DNA of 59,202 bases from assembly GCA_946500895.1 (NCBI GenBank), contig CAMMXG010000004.1, positions 1 to 59,202 on the forward strand, in the 5' to 3' direction. This document shows, piece after piece, positions 27,219 through 37,598 of the stretch (positions are counted from its first letter, which is position 1; every line of letters starts with the position of its first letter). The stretch is from an uncultured Mycoplasma sp. GTDB taxonomy: Bacteria; Bacillota_I; Bacilli_A; RF39; UBA660. Under the pieces are notes generated by a model. The model made no database searches. It was given only the letters and a program-made list of their open reading frames with translations, and was not told the DNA's origin. The translations under genes and the position numbers were made by a program.

Positions 27219-28367
27219 CTATAACCAATACTCTGTATAATTGCCATCACTTTTATAATAATCATCCATATCAATGTGCCAATAAAAATTGTTTTGCAAG
27301 CTTTCAGATGAATACGTTCTAGCAATCACTCCATAAGCATAATTTCCCCATAAACTTTCTGCTACATAATACTTGCCATTATTCATACCAATAATCATGG
27401 CAATATGTCCACCATTGCTTCCTATCCCACTAAGTAAATCGCCTGCTTTTAACTCATCATTTTCTATGGAAGTTTTCAGTCTTTTTTTCTCGCTTAAATC
27501 TGTCATGTCTGGGACATTCGAAATTCCGGCACCAATATCTCCAGGATCAAAACCACCATTCAGAAGTATCCAAGCTATAAAGCCACTACAATCAAAGCCA
27601 TTTTTTCTACTTCCTTCACTAGGAACTGAATAAATATAGCATCCCCAAGGATTTGGTCCATACATGCTTGTGGTAATATTATTAGTTCGAGATTCATGAA
27701 GGTATAATCCTTTATGATAATATCTTCCCTCTCCATCTACATATGTTGTATTCCCATAAGTGGTTACCCTTCCATTTTCAGAAAAATAACTTAGTCGGTA
27801 AGGAAACTCTAAAGTAATAAAGCGGGCGGCAGCTAGCACTCCAGCTCTAGTACCTACTCCAGCAGTATTTACTCTACTTTCTAATATTTTATCTAATAAA
27901 TTGTTTTCTTCTTTCGTATAAAGTCCACATGTCAAAATAGTTTTATTCGCATTAGGAGTTAATGGTTCTTTTATAATTAAATCAGTTACGGTTACTTCGA
28001 CAATCTTTGTTTCATCTTTAATGTTTACTTCAATATTCGTTGTACCAGGCGACAAACTTGTAATATTTCCATAATTATCTACGTTTGCTACATTTGGATT
28101 TGTGCTTTTAAAAGTTAATTGCTCTTCATAATTGCTATCTACTTTTAGGATATAATGAACTCTTTCGGTATCATTTATCGCTAAATAAATTTCAGGATTT
28201 AAAATGGTGAATTCTTCAATATTATAATATTTATCCGGCTCAATATTAGTGTGGTTTGTAGGTATTTCTATCATACTTTCACTCGTATTTTGAAATATAA
28301 AAACAGTTTCAAAAACAAGTAATGATATTAATAGAAAAAGTACAAGAAAAAAGATGATTCTTTTCAT
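27219..28367 (-). CDS. NlpC/P60 cell-wall hydrolase with Big_2-like Ig domain
   Basis: Signal/TM segment, TFKSTNPNVANVDNYGNITSLSPGTTNIEV (Big_2), then FDCSGFIAWIL (Cys) and GHIAMIIG (His). Confidence 0.8.
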   Translation of the reverse strand: MKRIIFFLVLFLLISLLVFETVFIFQNTSESMIEIPTNHTNIEPDKYYNIEEFTILNPEIYLAINDTERVHYILKVDSNYEEQLTFKSTNPNVANVDNYGNITSLSPGTTNIEVNIKDETKIVEVTVTDLIIKEPLTPNANKTILTCGLYTKEENNLLDKILESRVNTAGVGTRAGVLAAARFITLEFPYRLSYFSENGRVTTYGNTTYVDGEGRYYHKGLYLHESRTNNITTSMYGPNPWGCYIYSVPSEGSRKNGFDCSGFIAWILLNGGFDPGDIGAGISNVPDMTDLSEKKRLKTSIENDELKAGDLLSGIGSNGGHIAMIIGMNNGKYYVAESLWGNYAYGVIARTYSSESLQNNFYWHIDMDDYYKSDGNYTEYWL

Positions 28368-28519
28368 ATGAACACCTACTATTGTTTAAAGTATAGCATA
28401 TATAAATATTAGTGTAAATACGAAAATAGTGGATTTTTGCCCTTAAATTCATTCTTACATTGACTTTTCGCATATAATATGTTAAAGTTTTTAAGTAAGA
28501 AATTTATGGAGGTGGCAAA

Positions 28520-28681
28520 ATGGCTAAGAAAGTTACAACAAAGAAACCTTTAACAGGGAATAAAAGAAGTCATGCACTTAATGCAACTAAAATGAAACAA
28601 AAACCTAATATTCAAAAAAAGACTATTGATGGAACTAAGGTAAGAATCAGTGCTAGAGAAGCTAGAACTATGGAAAAATAA
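28520..28681 (+). CDS. rpmB: 50S ribosomal protein L28 (absent from ORF track)
   Basis: MAKKVTTKKPLTGNKRSHALNATKMKQKPNIQKKTIDGTKVRISAREARTMEK. GGAGGTGG RBS. Hairpin with GCAA tetraloop plus T5 at 28682-28705. Confidence 0.9.
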   Translation: MAKKVTTKKPLTGNKRSHALNATKMKQKPNIQKKTIDGTKVRISAREARTMEK

Positions 28682-28707
28682 CACACCCGCAAGGATGTGT
28701 TTTTATA

Positions 28708-30084
28708 TTAGAAATTAAAATATGATTTACTTTTATCTAAAGTGATACCTTTTAATTCAATCATTTCTTCTAGACTTACAAAAGCATATTCATCTTGTAG
28801 TTCTTCCATAGCAAGTAAAGCTCCTTCTACCGAAGTGTTATAAATGTCATGAAGTAAAATAATTGCTCCATCATGCGCGTGATTTACAATGTTATCCTTA
28901 ATCTTTTCGGCATCTTTATATTTCCAATCTTCCGTATCAACATTCCATAAAATTGTGTACATATTGCTTAATTCTTTAATATGAGTATTAGTATTTCCAT
29001 AAGGTGCTCGCAAATATTTGGGACGAAATCCTAAAACTTTTTCTATCGCATCATTGGTGTTATTAATTTCTTTCATTACATCATAATCTTCTAATTGAAA
29101 TAAATTTAAATGGCTATAAGTGTGACTGCCAATCGTGTTGCCCATTTCATAAGCTCGTTTAAGAGAACTGCTATAGGTATTTACCCTGCTTCCTAGGACA
29201 AAGAACGTTACGCGAGCATTGTATTTTTCTAGATTATCTAATAGTTTATTGGTTGGACCATCACTTGGTCCGTCATCAAAAGTGAACGCTAATAATTTTT
29301 TATCTTTAAATTCACTTAAATCTCTTTTTATTGGCTCACTTACATCAACCACTTGTTCTTCTATTGTTAAATATTCTTCTTTTACTATTCCTTCTAAATC
29401 TTTTTCTGGTATTAAAATTTTTATTTCTCCATCCGAATATGGTCCTACTTGATAAGGAACAAATAGTAATGATAAACCATCTTGTGTAATATTAAAGTAT
29501 GAAAAATTTTCGATATTAGCACTGGTTCCTTCTTTAATCCATTCTTCATCATATTCTAGATCTTTGTCCTTATAATATTTGATTGTGTAATAATAAGCAA
29601 GATTTGACAAATCTGCTAGTTTATCACTTTCTAAAAAATTTTCTAAAGTTATTTTTTTTCCTGTTTTGGGATTATAATAATAAGCTTTGTCTTCTCTATT
29701 ATAGTGTGCTCCTCCTGTATAAGAATATACACTTACATGGAGAGCTTGATAATCAAATAAATCTTCTAAAGTATAAGTTATAGATAAATCACATTTGGTA
29801 GATGTTACTTCTTTGAGTTCTTCGGCAGTTGTTAAAAATGTTTCTTTTTTGCCTTGTATATAATCTACTACTTCTTTTTCTATTTCTTTATTGGTTAATT
29901 CTGGATAATCTATTTTTAAAGTGTAATTTGCTTTTTCTTCGATTTCGTGAACTTCAAATTCTAAAGATTTATCTTTATGAAAAAATGTTAAGGAACATAA
30001 TACAATGCCAATTATGATTATGCCAAACATTATTTTAGCAGTATTTGTTAATTTTAATTTTTTACTTCTTCTACTTCTCTTCAT
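28708..30084 (-). CDS. PdaC-like polysaccharide/peptidoglycan deacetylase (TM + DUF4163/DUF3298-like + NodB domain)
   Basis: N-terminal TM segment, FTFDDGP, HTYSH and LLHD NodB motifs in the C-terminal half. Confidence 0.8.
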   Translation of the reverse strand: MKRSRRSKKLKLTNTAKIMFGIIIIGIVLCSLTFFHKDKSLEFEVHEIEEKANYTLKIDYPELTNKEIEKEVVDYIQGKKETFLTTAEELKEVTSTKCDLSITYTLEDLFDYQALHVSVYSYTGGAHYNREDKAYYYNPKTGKKITLENFLESDKLADLSNLAYYYTIKYYKDKDLEYDEEWIKEGTSANIENFSYFNITQDGLSLLFVPYQVGPYSDGEIKILIPEKDLEGIVKEEYLTIEEQVVDVSEPIKRDLSEFKDKKLLAFTFDDGPSDGPTNKLLDNLEKYNARVTFFVLGSRVNTYSSSLKRAYEMGNTIGSHTYSHLNLFQLEDYDVMKEINNTNDAIEKVLGFRPKYLRAPYGNTNTHIKELSNMYTILWNVDTEDWKYKDAEKIKDNIVNHAHDGAIILLHDIYNTSVEGALLAMEELQDEYAFVSLEEMIELKGITLDKSKSYFNF

Positions 30085-30161
30085 ATTGTTACCTCGAAAA
30101 CATTATACTATAAAAAGATAAGAAAAAAGCAAGTGTTAGAGTACACTTGACATTTATTATA

Positions 30162-30815
30162 CTAGAATTCTTTGTTTTTAAATATTTTGCAAGAGAATAA
30201 ATAGGAAATATATAATATTAATAAAATTATAAGGATGGCTCCCGCTATTAGAATAACATAATTTGTATTTTCTAAAGCACTAAAGAATTCGGCAATTTTT
30301 AAAGTAGAGTTTTCAAATAAAGAAAGAATAACACCAATTAATAAGGAAACTGCCATAATGGCAATAAATAGAATTACTCTACCTTTTTGGACACCAAATT
30401 TATAAAAACATGGCATCAGTAATGATATTACTAATATTACTCCTATAATAGTAGCAACACTTGATGCAAAAGTACTCATAAAATCCATATCAGGATTAAG
30501 TAGAGGTGTTACTAAGGATAAAATTGCTCCTATTAGAAGAGAGGTTATAATACTCATTAAACTTAAGTAGTATCTTGCTTTTACAATCGTCTTTCTATTG
30601 TATGGTAGGGCTACAATATAAGTATTTGCATTATTTAATTCATCATAACTAAATGTTGATATGACAAGCATAACGATATAAAATGGAATAATAAAGGCAA
30701 TATAAAAGTAGTTTTCCATCATGATAGAAAGAATGATAAACCCTATTATAATTATCATGATATTGCGCATTTGATTTTTTAAAGTTAATAAATCTTTTAA
30801 TATTAATCCTTTCAT
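30162..30815 (-). CDS. ABC-2 type transporter permease
   Basis: Six-TM protein translationally coupled (4-nt overlap) to the ATPase. Terminator AAGTGT/ACACTT+T6 downstream. Confidence 0.7.
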   Translation of the reverse strand: MKGLILKDLLTLKNQMRNIMIIIIGFIILSIMMENYFYIAFIIPFYIVMLVISTFSYDELNNANTYIVALPYNRKTIVKARYYLSLMSIITSLLIGAILSLVTPLLNPDMDFMSTFASSVATIIGVILVISLLMPCFYKFGVQKGRVILFIAIMAVSLLIGVILSLFENSTLKIAEFFSALENTNYVILIAGAILIILLILYISYLFSCKIFKNKEF

Positions 30816-31639
30816 TCTTTTTCACCTCTTAATAATAAATACATCATTTCATCAATATTTGCTTTATCAATATTTAAATCTTTATACTCTTTTTTTATTT
30901 CTTTTTTATTGTCAATTAATACTTCATAATCATATTTGTTTTTACGATAATTAATTGCCTTATTTTTTAGCTTATCAAACATTTCCTTGGTACAGTGAAT
31001 AATTCCATAGTTATCCGTTATATCCATAATAGATTTATTTAAAATGATTTTGCCATTATCAATTAAGACAATGTAATCAGCAATATTTTCTAGGTCACTT
31101 GTAATATGAGAAGATATTAAAATACTGTTTTCATCATTCTCCATAAACTCTCTAAATATGTCTAATACTTCACCTCTTACAATTGGATCTAGCCCGCTTG
31201 TTGGCTCATCTAATATTAGAAGTTTGGGATTATGAGATAAAGATGTTGCTATTTCAAGTTTCTTCTTCATTCCTTTGGATAATGATTTAATCGGTACATT
31301 GTTGGTTAAATTAAATTTTCGTAAATATTCTTTAAATAATTCTTCATTCCAATTTTTATAAATATTTTTCATTATCTTATTAATATCATCAATCTTTAAT
31401 AAATCTGGTAGAAAAGCATCATCTAGAACTATTCCTATTTCTTCTTTGTCTATCATATTTATTGTTCCACTATCCTTTTTAATGATTCCTAGTAATAATT
31501 TTATTAAAGTGGTTTTTCCTGCTCCATTGGCACCAACTAAACCGATTACAGAACCAGCAGGAACATTTAAATTTAAATTATCTAATTTAAAATGTTTATA
31601 TTCTTTTGATAAATTTTTTACACTTATACTATTCATCAA
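30812..31639 (-). CDS. ABC transporter ATP-binding protein
   Basis: Walker A GANGAGKTT, signature LSKGMKKK, Walker B LLILDEPTSGLD. Confidence 0.9.
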   Translation of the reverse strand: MMNSISVKNLSKEYKHFKLDNLNLNVPAGSVIGLVGANGAGKTTLIKLLLGIIKKDSGTINMIDKEEIGIVLDDAFLPDLLKIDDINKIMKNIYKNWNEELFKEYLRKFNLTNNVPIKSLSKGMKKKLEIATSLSHNPKLLILDEPTSGLDPIVRGEVLDIFREFMENDENSILISSHITSDLENIADYIVLIDNGKIILNKSIMDITDNYGIIHCTKEMFDKLKNKAINYRKNKYDYEVLIDNKKEIKKEYKDLNIDKANIDEMMYLLLRGEKE

Positions 31640-32014
31640 TTATTCCTCCTTTAAAAGTGTATCTAACATTTCTTTTATTTCGTGTTCTTCGATATTATAG
31701 GTATGAGCTAAGTTAATCGCTTCACTTAGCTTTTCTTCTATTTTGGTATATATTTCTTCTTTTAGAAATTCTTCACTTTTCTTTTTAACAAAATAACCTT
31801 TTCCAGGAATAGAAGTAATAAAACCATCATGTTCTAATTCTTCATAAGCTCTTTTGGTTGTAATATTACTAATACGAAGATCTTTAGCAAGAGAGCGAAT
31901 TGATGGAAGCATCTCCCCTCCCATTAATTCTCCTTTTAAAATACTTTCTTTGATACTAATCTCAATCTGTTCATAAATTGGGGTATCCACAGAATTACTT
32001 ATGATTATTTGCAA
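31640..32014 (-). CDS. GntR-family (YtrA-like) transcriptional regulator
   Basis: PIYEQIE...LPSIRSLAKDLRISNITTKRAYEELEHDGFI. TTG start at 32014 after GAGGTGA. Confidence 0.8.
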   Translation of the reverse strand: MQIIISNSVDTPIYEQIEISIKESILKGELMGGEMLPSIRSLAKDLRISNITTKRAYEELEHDGFITSIPGKGYFVKKKSEEFLKEEIYTKIEEKLSEAINLAHTYNIEEHEIKEMLDTLLKEE

Positions 32015-32027
32015 ACTATCACCTCTT

Positions 32028-32050
32028 CTGTATATATACACTATATACAG
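32028..32050. promoter_or_regulatory. palindromic operator candidate for the GntR regulator
   Basis: CTGTATATA-N5-TATATACAG, a perfect 9-bp inverted repeat just upstream of the GntR start. Confidence 0.6.
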
Positions 32051-32130
32051 TTTATATGTGTTTGTCAAGTAAAAAATGACTGTTTTGCATATTTTTTTCG
32101 TTTTTACACTATATAATAGCGGGTGATATT

Positions 32131-32652
32131 ATGACTTTAAAAAAATGGAAAGTAATAAATGTAATATCAATTTTTCTTTTTAGCTCCCTATTTCACTTTA
32201 TCTATGATTGGTTTCCAACATTTTTTACAAGTCTATTTTTTCCTGTCAATGAAAGTATTTGGGAACATAATAAAATAATTGTTGCATCTTTTTTGATACT
32301 CGCTATTATAGAGAAAATATATTATAAAAAAAGGAAGAATGTAATCTTTGCAGAATGTATTTCTTCCCTTGTTTGTATGGCTCTTGTTATGCTTATTTTT
32401 ACGCCTGTTTATTTATATATACTAAAGACAAATGATAATATGATTGTAACTTTTGCTATCTTTTTACTTTCTATCAGTATTAGTCAAATTGTTTCTTATA
32501 AATTACTACAAAAAGAATATAATCCTAAGTTAGAAGAATTAGGAGTAATACTCTTTGTTATTTTCTTCTTAATTAATATCATGTTTACTTATTATCCACC
32601 TAAACTAGCTTTATTTTATGATTATACTAATCAAATCTATGGTTTAAAATGA
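32131..32652 (+). CDS. 5-6 TM membrane protein, paralog of 37092..37598
   Basis: Shared motifs WFP(T/S)F(F/I)TSL(F/L)FP(V/I)N(E/D)SIW(E/Q)(H/F)NK. Divergent from the GntR-ABC operon. Confidence 0.6.
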   Translation: MTLKKWKVINVISIFLFSSLFHFIYDWFPTFFTSLFFPVNESIWEHNKIIVASFLILAIIEKIYYKKRKNVIFAECISSLVCMALVMLIFTPVYLYILKTNDNMIVTFAIFLLSISISQIVSYKLLQKEYNPKLEELGVILFVIFFLINIMFTYYPPKLALFYDYTNQIYGLK

Positions 32653-33255
32653 TTTTTTATTTAAAGAATTTTCAATAAATGCAATTACTTCATCATCTTT
32701 ATCTTGCTTTTTATTTTTTATTCTATCTTCTTCTGTCATATCAACAAAATATTTGTTTAATTTTTCATTAATAGAAATAGAATCTAGAGGATAGCCTGGA
32801 TTTCTTTTTTCATTTACATTACTTACTAAATAAAAATCATCATAACTCCATGAATATTCATAAGTACTACCATCATTTATTAAAACCATACCATACACCC
32901 ATCTTGCTTTTAACTTACCACCATATTCTTTCACTAATTTGGTATAATGTTCAATCATTTCGTCATCATTTAATTCTTTGCCATTTATTCTTCTTACAAA
33001 TACACCAGGTTGCAATTCATCGGGAATTCCTTCAATAAATAGATTGTTATCCATACCAATGGTTGGAATTCTTAATTCATCATAATATACTTTGGCTTTA
33101 ATATAAGCATTTTCTATCGCATTTTTACCATTTTCTTCGACATGAATATGAATATCAATATCTTTTAATGTTAGTAATTCAATTCCATATTTCAATAATT
33201 CTTCTTTATAGTTTCTAACTTTAGCTGGGTTAGATGTTGCAAATAATACTTTCAT
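32644..33255 (-). CDS. Ham1/RdgB-like non-canonical NTP pyrophosphatase
   Basis: MKVLFATSNPAKVRNYKEEL at the N-terminus resembles the ATxNxGKxxE motif. Size fits. Confidence 0.55.
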   Translation of the reverse strand: MKVLFATSNPAKVRNYKEELLKYGIELLTLKDIDIHIHVEENGKNAIENAYIKAKVYYDELRIPTIGMDNNLFIEGIPDELQPGVFVRRINGKELNDDEMIEHYTKLVKEYGGKLKARWVYGMVLINDGSTYEYSWSYDDFYLVSNVNEKRNPGYPLDSISINEKLNKYFVDMTEEDRIKNKKQDKDDEVIAFIENSLNKKSF

Positions 33256-33318
33256 TTTTTACTCCTTTTCTAACACAATTAACAAATTTTTGCTTGCAAA
33301 TGCTTTTGATTTTAAATC

Positions 33319-34926
33319 TTATTTTTTACTATCAATGCTAGCTTTAATAAATGAATCAAATAAGGGATGAGGTCTTGTTGGTCTACTCTTAAACTCTGGA
33401 TGAAATTGGCAAGCGATGAAGTGAGGATGATCTTTTAATTCGATTATTTCTACTAAATTACTTTCGGGATTTATTCCAGAGAAAATCATGCCTTTACTTG
33501 CGAGTAGTTCTTTATAGCTATTATTAAATTCATAACGATGGCGATGACGCTCTAATATTTCTTCACTCTTGTAGTCTTCATAGGCTAGAGTTCCCTTATT
33601 AATTTTACATTTATAGTTACCAAGTCTTAATGTTCCTCCTTTGTTAATAATTGCTTTTTGATCTGCCATTAAATCGATAACCGGATTAACACACAATTCA
33701 TCAAATTCCCTAGATGAAGCATTAGTCAGCTTACAAACATGACGTGCAAATTCTATGACAGCAATCTGCATTCCTAGGCAAATACCTAAATAAGGGATTT
33801 TGTTTGTTCTAGCATATTCACAAGCATTAATCATGCCTTCAATACCACGTGATCCGAATCCTCCAGGAACGATAATTCCTTTCGAATTTTTAAATACTTC
33901 CTTTAAATTACAATTTTTACTTTCTAACTCCTCACTATTTACCCATTTAATTTTTATTTTGGTATGATATTTATATCCTGCTGCTTTTAGGGCTTCTTTA
34001 ACAGATAGATAAGCATCTTCTAATTCGACATATTTTCCTACTAAAGCTATTTCTATTTCATCTTTTAAAGATTCTGTTATTTTAATCAAATTCTCCCAAT
34101 GTTCAAGATTGCTTTTACCTGATGGTAAACCAAATTGACTCAATATAATATCTTCAATATGTTGTTTATGGAAATTGATTGGTATTTGATAAATGTTATT
34201 TACATCTTTTGCTTCAATAATGTTTTCAACTGGAATACTTCCAAATAAGGATATTTTCTTTTTAACTGCCTCACCTAAATCGATTGGAGCACGAGTAACA
34301 ATAATATCCGGCTGTATTCCTAGTCTACGAAGTTCAATAATACTATTTTGAGTTGGTTTCGTTTTTAGTTCATTGGAACCAAATAAATATGGCACTAAAG
34401 TAGTATGAACAAATAGTGAGTTTTCACGTCCTGTTTCTAGTCTGAATTGACGAAGTGACTCCATCATCACCGAAGACTCAATATCGCCAACTGTTCCACC
34501 GATCTCGGTAATTACTATATCAGCACCACTGCTTGTTGCTGCTTCATATATTTTATTTTTTATTTCATTTGAAATATGAGGAACAATCTGAATGGTAGAT
34601 CCTAAAAAATCACCTAATCGTTCTTTTTCAATGACACTTGAATAAATTTTACCATTCGTAATATTTGATGAATAATTTAATTCTTCATCTATAAATCTTT
34701 CATAATGACCTAGATCTAAGTCAGTTTCACAACCATCATATGTTACAAATACTTCACCATGTTGAATTGGTGACATCGTTCCTGGATCCACATTCATATA
34801 GGGATCAAATTTTTGCATAAATACTTTATAGCCTTTTGCTTTCAACAAAAGAGCAATACTTGATGCTGTAATTCCCTTTCCTAGTCCTGAACAAACTCCT
34901 CCTGTTACAAATACATATTTTGCCAT
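33319..34926 (-). CDS. pyrG: CTP synthase
   Basis: [24 protein letters not shown] (glutaminase Cys), HRHRYEFN. The ATG at 34926 follows GAGGTG. Confidence 0.95.
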   Translation of the reverse strand: MAKYVFVTGGVCSGLGKGITASSIALLLKAKGYKVFMQKFDPYMNVDPGTMSPIQHGEVFVTYDGCETDLDLGHYERFIDEELNYSSNITNGKIYSSVIEKERLGDFLGSTIQIVPHISNEIKNKIYEAATSSGADIVITEIGGTVGDIESSVMMESLRQFRLETGRENSLFVHTTLVPYLFGSNELKTKPTQNSIIELRRLGIQPDIIVTRAPIDLGEAVKKKISLFGSIPVENIIEAKDVNNIYQIPINFHKQHIEDIILSQFGLPSGKSNLEHWENLIKITESLKDEIEIALVGKYVELEDAYLSVKEALKAAGYKYHTKIKIKWVNSEELESKNCNLKEVFKNSKGIIVPGGFGSRGIEGMINACEYARTNKIPYLGICLGMQIAVIEFARHVCKLTNASSREFDELCVNPVIDLMADQKAIINKGGTLRLGNYKCKINKGTLAYEDYKSEEILERHRHRYEFNNSYKELLASKGMIFSGINPESNLVEIIELKDHPHFIACQFHPEFKSRPTRPHPLFDSFIKASIDSKK

Positions 34927-34950
34927 AAAAAACACCTCTTTCTAAAAAAC

Positions 34951-35016
34951 AAAAAAAGCCCTTGGGAGAAACCTTAGGCTCTTTTAAATTATAACATAAT
35001 ATTTTTTTGTACTCAA
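34951..35016 (-). promoter_or_regulatory. pyrG promoter plus leader hairpin/U-tract (possible attenuator)
   Basis: Minus strand TTGAGT (35016-35011), 17 nt, TATAAT (34993-34988). A hairpin GAGCCUAAGG-UUUCUC-CCAAGGGCU starts about at +1, followed by U7 (34957-34951). Confidence 0.45.
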
Positions 35017-35069
35017 TTTGTTTTGTTTCATTTGACTTTTCTTTACTATAATTTTGATTTTAACATTTT

Positions 35070-35858
35070 TTAATCAACGTTTACACCTTTATTTAATAAA
35101 ACATTACCTATAAAATAAATCATTAAATTATAGATAGCGTATACAAAAATACCAATTATCATAATGCTTTTTATGGCATTTGAACTCACTTTTATATTAT
35201 TGAAAACGGACATGATATCTGGGCTCAATATTCCTGCCATATATATAATAGCTAAAGAAAATAATGATAATCCCATATATATTCCCATACCAATTAAAAT
35301 TGATTTTACTATTTTCATATTATTACTTCTATGTCCTATTACAATTCCTAATATTCCTGATAGAATCATGAATAAAAATTCAAAAAATATTGTAATTATT
35401 AGAACTATAATTAGACTTAAGGGACTACTATTTAAAAATATGGCAGATTGCTCTAGTGATAATTTTAATGAGTACCATGTAATATCATTTAAGCAAACAA
35501 TAGCAAGACAAATAACAATAATAATAAATGATACGAAGAGAGTAATTATAGCTGTTAAGATTTTGGATAAATAAATTTTATTTTTACTTACAGGGAGAGT
35601 ATGAGTTAAATAAGACTCATCTTTATATATATTTCTTTCAAATCTTACCCAATTTCGCATCAAACAGTTAATTAATATATTAATTAACATAGCAATAACT
35701 ACTCCACTGCATATTTTATCCATGATTAATAAAATCAAAGTTTGATCCACACTTTCAATCATTCTTGTGATGTTCGAGAAAATAATAGCTAAAATATAGA
35801 AAACGACTAAGGGTTTAAAACACCATTTTAAATCATATTTTAAAAGTTTACCTAACAT
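35070..35858 (-). CDS. ABC-2 type transporter permease
   Basis: Polytopic membrane protein overlapping the upstream ATPase gene by 7 nt. Confidence 0.65.
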   Translation of the reverse strand: MLGKLLKYDLKWCFKPLVVFYILAIIFSNITRMIESVDQTLILLIMDKICSGVVIAMLINILINCLMRNWVRFERNIYKDESYLTHTLPVSKNKIYLSKILTAIITLFVSFIIIVICLAIVCLNDITWYSLKLSLEQSAIFLNSSPLSLIIVLIITIFFEFLFMILSGILGIVIGHRSNNMKIVKSILIGMGIYMGLSLFSLAIIYMAGILSPDIMSVFNNIKVSSNAIKSIMIIGIFVYAIYNLMIYFIGNVLLNKGVNVD

Positions 35859-36547
35859 TTAAATCTCCTCCTAAATATTTCATCAATACTTGCTTGTTCT
35901 TTTTTTCTTAATTCATCAGCAGAAGATGTTAAAACGATACTTCCTTTGTCAATAAAAATTACTTCATCTAATATTCTTTCAATATCGCTAATTAAATGAG
36001 TTGAAATAATGATACTGGCACCTTCATTAAAATTAGAAAGTATTGTGTCTAATATATAATCTCTTGTTGCTGGATCTACTCCTCCTAACGGTTCATCTAA
36101 AATATAAATTTCAGCATCTCTACTCATTACTAATATTAATTGTAATTTTTCCCTCATTCCTTTAGACATTTTGCTTACTTTCAAATTAATATCTAAATCT
36201 AGATCTTTTAATAATTTTATAGCTTTTTCTTTATTAAAGTTATCATAAAATTCTTCAAAAAAAGTTAATATTTGTTCAACTTTCATATTTTTATCTAAGT
36301 AGGTTCTTTCAGGTAGATAAGATATTATTCTTTTCGATTCAACACCTGGCTTTTTTCCATTTATTAATATTTCACCACTTGTTGGAGTTAGTAAATCATT
36401 TATTAATTTTATTAGTGTTGTTTTTCCGGTACCATTCTTTCCTAGTAAACCAATGATCTTTCCTTTCGGAATACTTAAATTAATATCTCTTAGTATTTCT
36501 TTATTATCAAAAGTTTTACACAAATGATTACATTTAATTATTTCCAT
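35852..36547 (-). CDS. ABC transporter ATP-binding protein
   Basis: Walker A GKNGTGKTT, signature MSKGMREK, Walker B IYILDEPLGGVD. Confidence 0.9.
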   Translation of the reverse strand: MEIIKCNHLCKTFDNKEILRDINLSIPKGKIIGLLGKNGTGKTTLIKLINDLLTPTSGEILINGKKPGVESKRIISYLPERTYLDKNMKVEQILTFFEEFYDNFNKEKAIKLLKDLDLDINLKVSKMSKGMREKLQLILVMSRDAEIYILDEPLGGVDPATRDYILDTILSNFNEGASIIISTHLISDIERILDEVIFIDKGSIVLTSSADELRKKEQASIDEIFRRRFKC

Positions 36548-36908
36548 CTTTTCCTCCTAATTCTTGCAAGTAACGTATAGCATCTTCATAATTTATTCCA
36601 ATACTTTTCATACTGTTAAGATAATTATTCACTTTTTCTTGGGCAAGTTGTTTTTTTGTTTTTTCTAGTTTTTTTTCATCTTCCGTTACATATTTACCAT
36701 TTGTTCTTTCTGTATAAATTAGTTTTTCGTTTTCTAATTCTACTAAAGCTTTTTGCATTGTATTAGGATTTACCTTCATTGTAAGTGCTAGCTCTCTTAC
36801 AGAAGGAAGTTTACTCCCTTTTTCATATTTTCCCGAAACAATGTCAGTTCTGATCAACTCTACTAATTGAATATAAATTGGTCTTTCATTATCAAAAATG
36901 TAATTCAT
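36534..36908 (-). CDS. GntR-family (YtrA-like) transcriptional regulator
   Basis: PIYIQLVELI...LPSVRELALTMKVNPNTMQKALVELENEKLI. Confidence 0.8.
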   Translation of the reverse strand: MNYIFDNERPIYIQLVELIRTDIVSGKYEKGSKLPSVRELALTMKVNPNTMQKALVELENEKLIYTERTNGKYVTEDEKKLEKTKKQLAQEKVNNYLNSMKSIGINYEDAIRYLQELGGKDGNN

Positions 36909-36924
36909 AATTATCTCCCTTCGC

Positions 36925-36944
36925 TGTATTACTTGCTTAATACA
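36925..36944. promoter_or_regulatory. palindromic operator candidate for the GntR regulator
   Basis: TGTATTA-N6-TAATACA, a perfect inverted repeat 17 nt upstream of the GntR start. Confidence 0.6.
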
Positions 36945-37091
36945 ATAATATTATTAAATATAATTTTTGTCAACCTAAAAATAGTAAAATTTCACTTTTT
37001 TTAAACATTTATTACCTTTTTATGTTTTCAAGTATTTGCTTTTTGTTATAAATACTTAAAAATTTATTAAACTAATAAAAGGTGATACTTT

Positions 37092-37598
37092 ATGGATAAT
37101 CATTTAAAACTTAAGATATGGAAAGCCTCAAGTATTGTAGTGATCTTTTTACTTTCTTTTTTGGTACGGAATATGTATTACTGGTTTCCATCATTTATTA
37201 CTTCTTTACTATTTCCAATAAATGATAGCATATGGCAGTTTAATAAAGTAATTATACTTTCTTTTTTAATTTGGTCTGTGTTTGAAAAAGTTACCATACG
37301 AAAAAAGCATGACATTAATACATGTACAAGTGGGCTTATAGCAGCCCTTACTTGTGCAGGTTTATTCATGCTTATTTATTCTCCTATTTATTTTTTCCTT
37401 TTAAATCGTGAACATAATATGTTACTAATGCTAATCATTTATTTTGTTTGTATTGTTCTTAGTGTTCTACTCAACTTGCAATTACTTAAAAGAAAATATA
37501 ATTCCGAATTAGAAAAGAAAATTATTTTAGCTTGGTTACTTGTGGTGGTTGTTAATGCTATACTTACTTATTACCATCCAAATTTAGCTTTGTTCTAA
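37092..37598 (+). CDS. 5-6 TM membrane protein, paralog of 32131..32652
   Basis: See 32131..32652. Same divergent arrangement. Confidence 0.6.
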   Translation: MDNHLKLKIWKASSIVVIFLLSFLVRNMYYWFPSFITSLLFPINDSIWQFNKVIILSFLIWSVFEKVTIRKKHDINTCTSGLIAALTCAGLFMLIYSPIYFFLLNREHNMLLMLIIYFVCIVLSVLLNLQLLKRKYNSELEKKIILAWLLVVVVNAILTYYHPNLALF

